A stretch of 63,580 nt of DNA, counting the filler, from Chiloscyllium plagiosum (lineage: Eukaryota), in assembly GCF_004010195.1 (NCBI RefSeq). It is 3 parts of one record of this genome, joined end to end, with 100 filler letters (N's around TTAATTAATTAA, not from the genome) between each part and the next. Parts side by side here need not be neighbours in the genome. Positions count along the whole stretch, not along the records: positions 1 to 30,235 come from NC_057712.1; positions 30,336 to 58,804 come from NC_057712.1; 1 more part is not named here. The stretch is one strand, 5' to 3'. Shown piece by piece: positions 26,585 through 38,980 of this stretch. The notes beneath the pieces were generated by a model. The model saw only the letters and a list, made by a program, of their open reading frames with translations, did no database searches and had not been told where the DNA came from. A program made the translations under genes and the position numbers. The first letter of the stretch is position 1. Every line of letters begins with the position of its first letter.

Positions 26585-26735
26585 AAAACTGAGAGAACTG
26601 CAGATGCTGGAACTCAGAAACCAAAGCAAAATTGCTGAAGAAGGATCACTGGACCTACAACATTAACTCTGATTTCTCCCCAAAAATGTTGCCAGACCTG
26701 CTGAGCTTGTCGAGCAATTTCTGTTTTTGTTTCTG
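26585..26735. mobile_element. PLE family C hairpin element with decayed hammerhead core
   Basis: gaactgcagatgctgg..aaattgCTGAAGAaggatcactggacc..gcaatttctgtttttgtttctg with inverted ends. Confidence 0.55.
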
Positions 26736-28159
26736 CTCATTGTGCATATTGGGTGAGTGGGGCATGGAATTTCCAGGGAACATGGAAAGGCATGGGGTCA
26801 TTGAAGGGGCTTGGAATAAATAGAAAGCACATTTAAAAGGTATGGGGCTATCAGGATACATGAGTAACAGCTTTGAAATTTACCTTTCAAATGTTTCCCT
26901 GCATATGAACTATTATTTCTCTGTGAGAATGTGAGCCTCAGCCCTTGAGGCAGTCCTGACTCCATAAAAATTATGGGGAGTGGATTTGCGATGCCCAGCC
27001 ATTGTAACTGACCTGAACAGGTTAGTAATGCAGAATGTGGCCTTGCTACCAGCAACCTAATTCCTTGCTACTGTCAGGAAATGGGGGCAAGAATTCCAAA
27101 ATTTGGTTCAGTTCATCATTTTTAAAGGCCTCTTGAGTTGGCCCAACTTGGCGAAAGTTCAGGGCAAAGGCCTTTGAATAAGACATTAAACTAAGCACCC
27201 ATTTTTAATGGTTTATTACTAAAAATTAAATCATATTTATTGCTCAAAATATCCAACAATTTAAATTAAACAAAATGCAAATTTAGTACTAACACTCCCC
27301 TTGGAATTGTTAGACAATTTGAACTATACAGCTTTGAATCATGGTTCTGATGGACAGTGCATCTGGGCCATCAGTCACTGAGCTGTAGATAGTAATCTTC
27401 CTCATGCCACCCAGAGATCCTTTGCATTTTCAGTTTATGCGGAAATGGAGTCTGACAGCTTTTCCAAGGGGAAAGGGGATAAATGAAGAGACCCACTCTA
27501 GTTTTTCCCTGTGTAACTTCAGGGAGTCATATCAAAATAGGTTACCTTGTTGCAAATGCACTTCAAAATATCATTGGGGAAGGATTTTGGTCAACTGACC
27601 CTCTGCTCAAAAGTGACAGGTTGCATGGATGGTTTTAAGAATGAGGAAAGAGGAACAATTTATCCTTGAAAAAAAATCTTCCAACCATCTCCACCTCTAA
27701 ATATTTAGCGTATTGTATTCATAACAATAGATTTTTTTCCATTGAAATATGCTCTTCATTCTCAGCCAGTTTGCAATAATTTGCAGTATTGTTTATTTTC
27801 TGTATTAAATTTATTCTTATCTTGCCAACAGAACCTTACTGGAGCTAATTACATGAATTCATCATCGCCCTTTACATTGTCAAACAATGCAAATCGAAAT
27901 GACAAAATAAGATAAAAACAGTCATTTAACCGGCTTACATGAAGAATGACTATCACGACAATTACTTGACTTTCGATGGAGCTGGAAAATCTTTCAACAA
28001 AAAAAAAGTCAAACTATGAATAACAATTATTCTGGTGACACGTAGAGAGATGTGTTTGTCTTCACCGTGGAGACATTAATTCCAACAGCGTATCTGGTTT
28101 ATTTCTGGTTTTGTTCCTTGGTTGCAGTGAATTTCTGTGATGGGAGTACTGCGCACAGT

Positions 28160-28720
28160 TAAGTTCAACTTATTTAAGGAGGAACACATTGCATATTGGA
28201 AGCAGTTGGAACACTGACTTTTATTGGATGGGGGGATGGATAATAAAAATAGCGAAATCTTACTGCACAGGACATTGTTGAGGCTGTACCCAAGGTACTC
28301 TATATACTTTATGTCTCCTTACATAAGGAGAGACGTATTTGCTTTTTAGACAGTTAAAAGTAAGTTCACTTAGATGGTTCATGGAATGACAAGGTTACTT
28401 ATGAGGAAAGGTTAAGTAGGTTGGGCCAATATCACTGTAGCTTAGAAGAATAAGGGGGTGAGTCTTCAGGCTCTTCATCTGAGTGGGATGGTCTTCAGAG
28501 GGTTGGTGTGGACTCGATGGGTTGAATGGCCTGCTTCCATTTTGTATGGATTCTATGATTCAATGGAAAATGGTCAGCAATATTATTGAAATGTACTTGA
28601 TTTTAAGAGATTTTAACAGATCAGTCACTGAGTGATGTCTTCCTTAGTTGGAGAATCTAAAACAGTTTAAAATTAAGGATCTTCCATCTAAGACGGAAAT
28701 GAGAAAGTACATCTTCCCTC
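28160..28720 (+). mobile_element. Old CR1 3' fragments plus a SINE tail fragment
   Basis: tatgaggaaaggttaagtaggttgggc and ggagaatctaaaac CR1 motifs; SINE tail at about 28490-28560. Confidence 0.55.
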
Positions 28721-28919
28721 GAGTGTTCCCTAAGGAGAGAAAACAAAGAGGTTTGATTGTGGACTAAGCGCATGTAAAACTAAGCAGACTGCATGTAGGT
28801 TGGTGTAAAATACACCATTAGAATGAGGGAAATGTAAACGGTAGAAGTGAGGAAATTGTGACAAATGATATTGAAGGAGAGAGTCACAGAACAATGAATC
28901 TGCCAGCGCAGGAGCCATT

Positions 28920-29280
28920 TGATATTATTTGGTTACCTTTTTATTTATAAATCATTAATTACACTTGATCTATGTGATTTTCCAGGTCAACTGCAAAGGT
29001 AATTAAGATCAGTACTATTGCTGTAGATCTGGAGTCACATGGGAGGTGGTGCCATTAGTGGTGGTGAAGTTTTAATCCATTGGGTTAATAATCCAGAACT
29101 CCAATTACTGTTCTGAGAACTTTGGTTAAATCTTTCAAAGGCAGATGATAATATTTGAATTCAACTAAATCTGGAATAAAAAGCTAACTTGATGGAAACC
29201 ATGGAACCAGCTGGGGCAATTAAGATGGGCAATGAATGCTGGCCCAGTCAAAAATACCCACAACACATGAATGCATTTTT
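28920..29280. mobile_element. Two divergently oriented pieces of the second-family SINE
   Basis: Antisense tail piece to about 29040, then a sense head from 29041. Confidence 0.5.
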
Positions 29281-29739
29281 AAAAATGAGTTAGACAGAAG
29301 CTTTTGAGAGGTCCGTAATTTCCGAAAACGCAGTCCTTCTGCAATCACAGAATGAGCTCTTACAGCCCTCCATAATCTCATTTCAGTTTGATTTCAATAA
29401 TCCCAACTTCCTATATCCAGCTGTGTTTTCTGAGTGGTTTGTTTCCATTTAATAGACCTCTTGCAGGTCTGTGAAGCTGCAAATTATGGTAGAGGGGAGC
29501 TACATAAATGAAAATCTGTCTCACTACTATTTTACGGACAATCCTGTCTTCATTGCTCAGGCTGTGGAGAGTGAGAGAATGTCTTTACTGCAGTACCAGT
29601 GTGTAATGGCTTTGACCACTGCTTCATTGGAAATAGTGTAGCCTGGAGACCCGAACACTTACAAATACACATGCACATTAAACTTGTGGGACCTGTAACG
29701 TCCTTCCTATGATAAGACGACAAGAACTAAACACAATAT

Positions 29740-30005
29740 CCAAATATGGCTAATCAGGGCTCTACAGAGCTGCAGCATAACCTTGTAGCTTTTAAACTTA
29801 ATCCTCCTGCTAATGAAAGCCAACACACCATATGCCTTCTTAACAACCCTATCAATTTGGGTGGTAGATTTGAAAGAATACCACCCTGTAACCCCTCTCT
29901 ATCACCTCCTCAGCCTCCCAAGTGATCCAAAGTTCATCTAACTCCAGCTTTAGTTCCTTAACGCAGTCTGTGAGGAGCTGGAGTTGGGTGCACTTCACAC
30001 TAGTG
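29740..30005 (-). mobile_element. CR1 fragments (ORF1 coiled-coil region fused to RT C-terminus)
   Basis: KCTQLQLLTDCVKELKLELDELWITWEAEEVIERGYRVV in ORF 29852-30130; RVVKKAYGVLAF at 29810-29850. Confidence 0.8.
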
Positions 30006-30235
30006 AAGTCAGCAGACAGGTAAAAACAATGACTGCAGATGCTGGAAACCAGATTCTGGATCAGTGGTGCAGGAAGAGCACAGCAATTCAGGCAGCATCC
30101 GACGAGCAGCAAAATCGATGTTTCGGGCAAAAGCCCTTCATCAGGAATAAAGGCAGAGAGCCTGAAGCGTGGAGAGATAAGCTAGAGGAGGGTGGGGGTG
30201 GGGAGAAAGTAGCATAGAGTACAATAGGTGAGTGG

Positions 30236-30335
30236 NNNNNNNNNNNNNNNNNNNNNNNNNNNNNNNNNNNNNNNNNNNNTTAATTAATTAANNNNNNNNN
30301 NNNNNNNNNNNNNNNNNNNNNNNNNNNNNNNNNNN
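30236..30335. other. Assembly gap with artificial six-frame-stop linker
   Basis: 44 N + TTAATTAATTAA + 44 N = 100 bp. Confidence 0.95.
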
Positions 30336-30533
30336 CTGGACCCAATATACCGGCCACTACAGCAGACAGCTGAAACTGACAACCGGAAGCGGCAAGGACA
30401 GGCCACTATAAATGCCAGAGGAAACACCACAGAAGCGCTTCACAGGAGGCTCCCAAGCACTGAGGATGTCACATAGACAGGGGACGAAACGTTTGCAACA
30501 AAAACTTCCAGCTCGGCGAACAGAACCACAGCA
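30336..30533 (+). mobile_element. PLE family A terminal region with hammerhead (30457-30496)
   Basis: gca-CTGAGGA-tgtcacatagacaggggac-GAAA-CGTT-tgc; homologous to 2044-2188. Confidence 0.8.
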
Positions 30534-32239
30534 TGGAGATGATAGGTCAGGGAGGAGGATGGGGGAAGGTAGCAAAGAGTACAATGGGTGAATGGGGGAT
30601 GAAGGTGATAGATCAGAGAGGAGGGTAGAGTTGATAGGTGGAAAGGAAGATTGGCAAGTAGGACAAGTCATGGGGACAGTGCTGAGCCGGAGGTTTGGAG
30701 CTGGGGTGAGGTAGGGTGAGGGGAAATGAGGAAACTGGTGAAGTCCATATTGATGCCCTGGGGTTGAAGTGTTCCGAGATGGAAAATGAGGCATTCTTCC
30801 TCCAGGCTTCGGGTGGTGAGGGAGCGGCGGTGAAGGAGGCCCAGGACCTCCAGGACCTCGGCTGAGTGGGAGGAGGAGCATCTCTGGGACAGCCGCACCA
30901 GTCAACCACACCACCCTGTGGCTCAACATTTCAACTTCTCCTCCCACTCAGCCGAGGACAATACCATCCTATCAACATCTGTCGAGGGAAACTGTAACCT
31001 CTTAAAGATGGCCTGGGCATGAAGGATGCCAGCTTTTCAACAGACATTTGTTGAGTTTGTATTGTTCTAGGCATAGAGTGTATTAAGATGGGGATAGAAT
31101 CAGAAGTGAGGAATTTCAAAGGGGCTGGGATGTTAGTTAATAAAGTTTAATTGGGAAGATATAGCCAGAAATCTCACCAGGCCTCAGGGTGAGAAACCCT
31201 CCAAATAACCCGACATAACTCATACTTAGCCAAAAATTAATGATAAAGTTCATCCCCAGCTTTCAAGTTTTGCATTTTTAATGGCTGCCATAGACTACAG
31301 AAGGAGATGGTTGCAGCAGAGAGACAAGAACCTTAACTATAGAAAGCCAACCAGTACATCAAGTTCAATTACACCGCTCCAAATGTATCAACTGTAAACA
31401 AGGTGAGTCCTGTTTCAGAAGAACTCAAGAGGCTCCCCACTCAGCAAGTACATACAATGCCCAGTTGATGATCAGCCATAGAGGTTAAGATGGTCTCAGA
31501 CTGAACTTAGTCTGTGTTTGATGAACTGAGCAGCAGGGCCATGATCAAGTCAACATGATTCGCATTCAATGTCCACAGGAGAAAAAATGCAAGCATCAAC
31601 GTAGCAAGGGTAAAATTAATCTTAATTGTAAGGCTTTTTTTTTACATGCACTGACCAACATTCTCATGCTAAATTTACATATAAAAAGCTAGTACTGGAT
31701 GACACATTAATAGACTATGTCAGAATATATCTGATGTTACTGAATATTAGAAAGAGAAGAAAAGTAAAAAAAAAGCAAATAAGAGCTGAATAATAACAAA
31801 TTGATATTTTAAATTGAACCAAGAATGTTTAACAGGCTACGATTAAACGTTTCTAAACAGTACCACTTGGATTAGGAATGGCAATAATAAACAAGTCACA
31901 TCTAAGAACATTGGACAGCAAGTGTAAAGGACACCTCTGATGTATTAGAGAAGCTCTTGCTGCTCAGTATTATTCAGCTAGTGACGATTTCTAAAACATC
32001 TTCTGAAGCACAAGTACTATAAGAAGCAGAGTTATTTGGGAAGAAAAAGGTTGTCTGGATATTCTTGCAGAACAGTTCATGGATAACTGAGCATCATGAA
32101 AGTCACAAAATCGTGACACCTGTCAACAATTATCCTGCCATAAACCCATCAGGCAGATTAAACAAAATGTGATAAAGTGAACAACAGTTTAGAAAAATTG
32201 ATGAGCAAAGAAAATCTGCTTTATATCTCCCTCCTAAAT

Positions 32240-32552
32240 CACGGTGGTACAGTGGTTAGCACTGCTGCCTCGCAGCGTCAGAGACCCGGGTTCAATACCC
32301 GCCTCAGGCGACTGACTGTGTGGAGTTTGCACGTTCTCCCCGTGTCTGCGTGGGTTTCCTCCGGGTGCTCCGGTTTCCTCCCACAGTCCAAAGATGTGCA
32401 GGTCAGGTGAATTGGCCATGCTAAATTGCCCGTAGTGTTAGGTAAGGGGTAAATATAGGGGTATGGGTGGGTTGCGCTTCGGCGGGTCGGTGTGGACTTG
32501 TTGGGCCGAAGGGCCTGTTTCCACACTGTAAGTAATCTAATCTAATCTAATC
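32240..32552 (+). mobile_element. Young HE1/V-SINE-type tRNA-derived SINE
   Basis: A box TGGTACAGTGG, B box GGTTCAATACC, CpG-retaining body and (aatct)n tail. Confidence 0.92.
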
Positions 32553-33099
32553 AGGATTATGACCGAGTGTACGGCTCACTCAAAGGACTCTCCTGGTGCA
32601 GTGATAGTGTCCCTGCCTCTGGAAAGGATATCCAAATTCAAGTGCAACTTGGGGATGTGTCATAACATGTCCAAACAGGTTAATTAAAATTAGTTACAAC
32701 TCTTTCAATTAATGTCTTCAATCAAAATGGTATAGAGGTGGTAAAATATCACATTTCAGAAGCAATTCAGAAGGAGAGGCAATCATAATCTCTTGACATA
32801 AGAGTGAGTAATTCTTTGAAACAGAAAAAATCCATGAGTGTCAGAGATCACCTTGGTCCAAAATCAGAGCAAAACATGTGAGAATTGCATGGCAGATCAG
32901 GCAAAAATTATGGAGGGAACCTTTCTAAGGAAAAGCCATTGACTGGATCTCTCCACAGGTGCTGTCTGACGAATGAGTGTTTCTGGCAGTTTCTGTCTTG
33001 ATTTCAGATTTCTAGCATCTGCAGTGTTTGTGTTTTTGTATTATTTAGGTCCACTTAAGCACAAAATACAAACATTGCCTCAAAGGAATTGGATACAGA

Positions 33100-35075
33100 A
33101 TCATAGAGACATAGAGAAGTACAGCACTGAAATGGACCCTTCAGTCCAACTCATCCATGCCAACTACATAACTTAACATAATATAATTCCAATTTCCAGC
33201 ACTTGACCCATATCCCTCTCAACCCTTCCTATTCATATACCCATCCAGACGCCTTTTAAATGCTGGAATTTTACCAGTCTCCACCACTTCCTCTAGCAGC
33301 TCATTCCATATACACACCACCGCCTGTGTGAAAAAGTTACCCCTTAGGTCTCTTTTGTATCTTACCCCTCTCACCCTAAACCTATGCCCTCTAGTTCTGG
33401 ACTCCCACACCCCAGGGGAAAGACTTTGTCTATTTATCCTATCCATGCCTCACATGATTTTATAAACCTCTGTAAGGTCAGCCCTCAGCCTCTGATGGTC
33501 CAGGAAAACAGCCCCAGCCTGTTCAGACTCTCTCTATAGCTCAACCCTGGCAACATCATTGTAAATCTTTTCTGAACCTTTTCAAGTTTCACAACATCCT
33601 TCCAATAAGAAGGAGATCAGAATTGCATACAATATTCCAGAAGTGGCCTAACCAATGTCCTGTACAGCTGCAACATGGCCTCCCAACACTATACACTATG
33701 CTCTGACCAATAAAGGAAAGCATACCAAAAGCCTTCTTCACTATCTTATCTATCTGCGATTCCACTTTCAAGGAACTACGAACCTGCACTATTCAGCAAC
33801 ACCCAAGGATCTTACCACTAAGTGTATAAATCCTGCAAAGATTTGTTTTTCCAAAATGCAGCATCTCACACTTATCTAAATTAATTTCCATCTGCCACTC
33901 CTCAGCTCATTGGCTCATCTGATCAAGATCCTATTGTACTCTGAGGTAACCTACTTCCCTGTCCCCAACACCTCCAATTTTAGTGTCATCTGCAAACTTA
34001 CTAACTATACCTCCTATGTTCACATCCAAATCATTTATATAAATGATGAAACATTGTGGATCCGGCACCGATCCTTGTGGCACTCCACTGGTCACAGGCT
34101 TCTAGTGTGAAAAGCAAACCTCCACCACCACCCTGTGTCTTCTACCTTCGAGCCAGTTCTGTATCCAAATGGCTAGTTATCCCTGTATTCCATAAGATCA
34201 TACCTTGCTAATTGTCTCATGATGGGAACCTGATTGAATGCCTTACTAAAATCCATATAGATCATTCCACCGCTCTGCCCTCATCAATCCTCTTTGTCAA
34301 AAGTTCGTGAGACGTGATCTCCCACGCACAAAGCCATGCTGACTATCCCTAATCGGTCCTTGCCTTTCTAAATGCCTGTGAATCCTGTCTCACAGGATTC
34401 CCTCCAACAACTTGCCCACCACTGATGTCAGACTCACCGGTCTATAGTTCCCTGGCTTTTCCTTACCATCTTTCTTAAATAGTGGTGCCATTTAAGCCAA
34501 CCTCCAGTCTTCCAGCACCTCACCTGTGAATATCAATGATACAAATATCTCAATAAGGAGCCCAGCAATCACTTCCCTAGTTTCCCATAGAGGTCTAGGG
34601 TACACCTGATCAGATCCTGGAGATGTATCCACTTATATGCATTTCAATGTATCCAGTACCTCCTCCTCTCTAATATGGACATTTTTCAAGGTGTCACCAT
34701 CTATTTCCCCACATCCTATAGCTTCCATGTCCTTCTCCACAGTAAACACTGATGCAGAATACCCGTTTAGTATCTCCTCCATCTCCTGTAGCTCCACACA
34801 TAGGCTGCCTTGCTGATCTTTGAGGGGCCCTATTCTCTCCCTACTTACCCTTTTGTCCTTAATTTGCAAAGCTATCTCATGTCACCTTTCTGCCCTCCTG
34901 AGTTCCCTCTTAAGTAAAATGCTACTGCCTTTATGCTCTTTTAAGGATCCTCTCGATTTCCCTGTCTATACCTGACATCTGCTTCCTTCTTTTTTTTAAC
35001 CAAAACCTCAAAATCTCTCATCATCCAGCATTTCCTACACTGACCAGCCTTTCCTTTCACTCTATCAGGAATGTA
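33100..35075 (-). mobile_element. CR1 LINE 3' half (RT), frameshifted and internally deleted
   Basis: ORFs 33219-33446, 33589-33789, 34633-34869 and 34941-35135 are CR1 ORF2 pieces. Confidence 0.92.
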
Positions 35076-36219
35076 CAACCTAACAGACATATCCAATCTA
35101 ATAGCAGATAGGGAAATAAAACAAAATTCTATCAACCAAAATTATCTTTCTCAATGCTTCTCCTAGAATGGGTACTGTGGGATTTAGCAGAAACCCACAG
35201 GGCAGGAAAGGATAAAAGGGGATAATGAATTCAATCAGTGAATCTTCATTAGATCAGTATCAAAGTTTCCAGTGGCAACAAAAAGGGAACTAAAGGCAGC
35301 AGGTAGGTGCTACGTTTAATATAGTAAAAGCCCTTGAGTGCACAACAGGAGGTAACCACAGAGTGTTTGTCTTTGGTCTAAACCACTTAACCACACACGT
35401 AACTGAACAGACAATTCTCAAGTACCTGTCTGAATGGGTCAGTTTCAAATACTTTTTAAATGAATTGATAATTGCACCCTGTAAATGCTAGACATATCAA
35501 TGAACTGACAACTACATCATGTAAATTTTTGACACATTAGTGAACTGATAACTATATTCTGTAAATGTTAAACCTTTTTAAGTTTTAGGTACCTGTATCC
35601 TGAAAATGCTGATATCATATTAACGAGTTGTGTGTTATGATATGGTATAAGAAAGCGACTTCCACTTAATGCTGCAGCTCCAGCTCAGAAACAAGTATCA
35701 GCAAGTTTTCTTAAAAATAGACAACTGAAGATTATTGCACCGTCTCTGTCTCTCATTCAGGCTTGCAGTCTTTATAAGGAACCTCAACAGATACCCTAAA
35801 GGGGTTATGTATTCTAACACCATATTTGTGTCCATCTTGAAACATTCAGTATGAAATTAGACATATTTGCTGGATTTTCATTCCAAGCTGAGGAATAAGA
35901 TAGGTGGATCCATTTTTACTCCCAGATTCAGCTGATGCAATATTTTTAAAGGGGTAGGCCCTATTCAGTCCAGTGATTGGTTTGTTTCCCAACATGGGCT
36001 GGCAAGCTCAGGGCAGAGGCATGAGATTATTCTGAGCAGTGCCTTATGGCAAACGGCAGCCAGGACTGGACTTGTTGTTCACTGGGCAGATTGAACAGCT
36101 GGCTGAGCAGAATGCTAGAAGTCTCTCTCTCCAAAAAAAAAGGTCAAACAGTCACTCATCAACCTTGCAACACTGAATAATTTCAATGAACCTGCCTTCA
36201 TTGTTTCCAATAAAGGAAT

Positions 36220-36775
36220 TTCACTATCTATATAAGACTTTAGTTAGGCCACATTTGGAGTAGCATGTGCAGTCTGGTCGCCACATTATAGGAAGGATGT
36301 AGAAGCTTTTGAGAGGGTGAAAAGAGCCTTACCAGGATTTTGCCTGGATTGGAGTGTACTTGCCATATGGAGAGGTTGGACAAACTTGGATTGTTTTGCT
36401 ACAGCATCAGAGGCTGAGGGATACCTATTAAGAGTTTATAAATTATGAGAGGCATGGATCAGGTGGATAGTTGGTTATTTCTCAAGATGAAAATGTCAAA
36501 TACTAGGGGGCATAGGATTAAGATGAGAAGGGGAAGGTTTAAAAGAGAGATGCAAGGAAAGTTATTTTTTACAGAAAGGGGTAGATGTCTGGAACACCCT
36601 GCCAAGGGAGGTGGTAAAAGTATATATATCAGCAAAGTTTAAGAAGCATTGAGCAAGACACATGAACAGGCAGTGAATACAGTGATGCAACCATGTACGG
36701 GCAAATAGGATTTTAGAATGGCATCATTGTTGGCACAGATGTGCTGGGCCTTTGCTGTACTGTTCAATGTTCTTT
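36220..36775 (+). mobile_element. CR1 3' fragment
   Basis: LYKTLVRPHLE motif, ORF 36445-36642 and CR1 3' UTR. Confidence 0.85.
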
Positions 36776-37120
36776 GAACTATTGATCCACTGAGAGAAAG
36801 TATTTTATGTCATCTTTTTCCTAAGAAGGAATTCTGATCATTAGAGTTTTTGTTTCTCTAACAAGGAAAAAGCTATCACCTCAGAATTGATCCTATTAAG
36901 TACCTTGTAGGTTTGATATGTTTCTAAGGAAATTCTTTCATTCTTCTAAACTCCAGTGCATATATGGTTAACCTTCTTGATGTTTCTTCATAAAACTAGG
37001 CCCTTCATGTAAGATTGAATCAGATGAACCATCTCAGACATGCTTCTAATGCAAAAAAAATCTTTTCTTTCAAATTTGGGAAGTCAAAACTGTATGCAGT
37101 ACTTCAGATGTAGTCTTCGA

Positions 37121-37351
37121 GGAGAAAGTGAGGTCTGCAGATGCTGGAGATCAAAGTTGAAACTTTATTGCTGGAACAGCACAGCAGGTCAGGCAGCATC
37201 CAGGGAACAGGAGATTCGACGTTTTGGGCACAGGCCCTTCTTCAGGAATGGAGAAGGGCCTGAAGAAGGGCCTGTGCCCGAAACGTCGAATCTCCTGTTC
37301 CCTGGATGCTGCCTGACCTGCTGTGCTGTTCCAGCAATAAAGTTTCAACTT
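37121..37351. mobile_element. Young PLE family B perfect hairpin mini-element with two opposed hammerhead motifs
   Basis: 93-bp inverted arms at 37154-37246 and 37259-37351 (one mismatch); 16-bp TSD acttcagatgtagtct at 37101-37116 and 37348-37363. Confidence 0.9.
37260..37291 (+). ncRNA. Minimal hammerhead ribozyme core (stem I 5' strand lost at the inversion junction)
   Basis: CTGAAGA-a-gggc(ctgt)gccc-GAAA-CGTC-gaat. Confidence 0.6.
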
Positions 37352-37835
37352 CAGATGTAGTCTCACAAATTGCAACCCCTTGCAATACATGACAACGCAC
37401 CATTTTCCTTCCAAATCACTTGCTGGACCTGCAAATGCCTAATTTTCAACCTGCTTGACTGAAGAAATAACAACAGTATGACACAATCTGAGCTCCTCAG
37501 TAATTTATTCTCCTCGTTTTTGTCATCATATTTTAAACCAGTGATCACAATTGAAAATTCTTGTGTTCTTAACAGCTGCATATCACTTGTACCTGAAGTT
37601 TATCCCTTCCATTTGTAACTTTGAAAATATGATTCTGTTCCTCTCCAGCTTGTGTATTTTTTATTCATTATATGTCCTGACTGGGCCATCATTTATCAGC
37701 TAAATGCCCTTGAACTGAATGGTTTCTTATCTATTTCAGGGAATAATTAAGGTTCAACTATATTACACTGAGCTTGTAGAGACATATAGGCCAGACCAGA
37801 TAAAGACAGCAGATTTCCTTCGCTGAAAGGACATT

Positions 37836-38980
37836 ATATGGACTTCATTAAGGCGTTCGACAAGGTTCCCCATGGGAGACTTATTAGCAAGGTTGGATCT
37901 CATGGAACACAGGCAGAACTAGCCAGTTGGATACAGAACTAGCTCAAAGGTAAAAGACAGAGGGTGGTGGTGGAGGGTTGTTTTTCAGATTGGAGGCCTG
38001 TGACCAGTGGAGTGCCACAAGGATCGGTGCTGAGCCCTCTACTTTTTGTCATTTACATTAATGATTTGGATGGGAGCATAAGAGATACAGTTACTAAGTT
38101 TGCAGATGACACCAAAATTGGAGGTGTAGTGGACAGCAAAGAGGGTTACCTCAGATTACAAAAGGATCTGGATCAGATGGGCCAATGGGCTGAGAAGTGG
38201 CAGATGGAGTTTAATTCAGATAAATGCGAGGTGCTGCATTTTGGAAAAGCAAATCTTAGCAGGACTTATACACTTAACGGTAAGGTCCTAGGGAGTGTTG
38301 CTGAACAAAGACACTTTGGAGTGCAGGTTTATAGCTCCTTGAAAGTGGAGTTGCAGGTAGATAGGATAGTGAAGAAGGCATGCTTTCCTTTATTGGTCAG
38401 AGTATTGAGTACAGGAGTTGGGAGGTCATGTTGTGGCTGTACAGGACATTGGTTCGGCCACTGTTGGAATATTGCGTGCAATTCTCGTCTCCTTCCTATC
38501 GGAAAGATGTTGTGAAACTTGAAAGGGTTCAGAAAAGATTTATAAGGATGTTGCCAGGGTTGGAGGATCTGAGCTACAGGGAGAGGCTGAACAGGCTGGG
38601 GCTGTTTTCCCTGGAGTGTCGGAGGCTGAGGGATGACCTTATAGAGGTTCATAAAATTATGAGGGGTATGGATAGGATAAATAGAAAAAGTCTTTTCCCT
38701 GGGATTGGGGAGTTCAGAACTAGAAGGCATAGGTTTAGGGTGAGAGGGGAAAGATATAAAAGAGACCTAAGGGGCATCCTTTTCACGCAGAGGGTAGTAC
38801 TTGTATGGAATGAGCTGCCAGAGGATGTGGTGGAGGTCGGTACATATGAATAGGAAGGGTTTGGAGGGATATGGGCGGAGTGCTGGCAGGTGGGACTCGA
38901 TTGGGTTGGGATATCTGGTCGGCATGGATGGGTTGGACCGAAGGGTCTGTTTCCATGCTGTACATCTCTATGACTCTATG
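37836..38980 (+). mobile_element. Young 5'-truncated CR1 LINE (RT domain and 3' UTR) inserted into a second-family SINE
   Basis: MDFIKAFDKVPH..SGVPQGSVLSPLLFVIYINDLD..KFADDTKIGG; tail tatgactctatg. SINE halves at about 37660-37835 and 38985-39110. Confidence 0.95.

Larger units (their letters stand above)
30018..30960 (-). mobile_element. PLE family B 3' end with hammerhead, GIY-YIG remnant and short inverted segment, interrupted by a gap and a PLE-A insertion
   Basis: Minus strand attcCTGATGAagggcttttgcccGAAACATC at about 30113-30148. LEEECLIFHLGTLQPQGINMDF in ORF 30668-30898. 30857-30875 is inverted against 30939-30957. Confidence 0.8.

Noticed and set aside
30280..30291. TTAATTAATTAA as a homeodomain site or conserved motif
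   Set aside because: Centred in N runs, identically at two places: an assembly linker.
32240..32310. tRNA gene
   Set aside because: The A/B boxes belong to a tRNA-derived SINE head that continues into the SINE body; many decayed copies occur in the window.
37154..37351. Pre-miRNA hairpin or classical DNA-transposon MITE
   Set aside because: The arms are PLE terminal-repeat sequence found next to GIY-YIG coding DNA elsewhere. The long TSD and variable breakpoints do not fit a cut-and-paste MITE, and there is no expression evidence for a miRNA.
37964..38853. Functional reverse transcriptase gene
   Set aside because: 5'-truncated and frameshifted CR1 copy. No intact LINE or PLE ORF is visible in the window.
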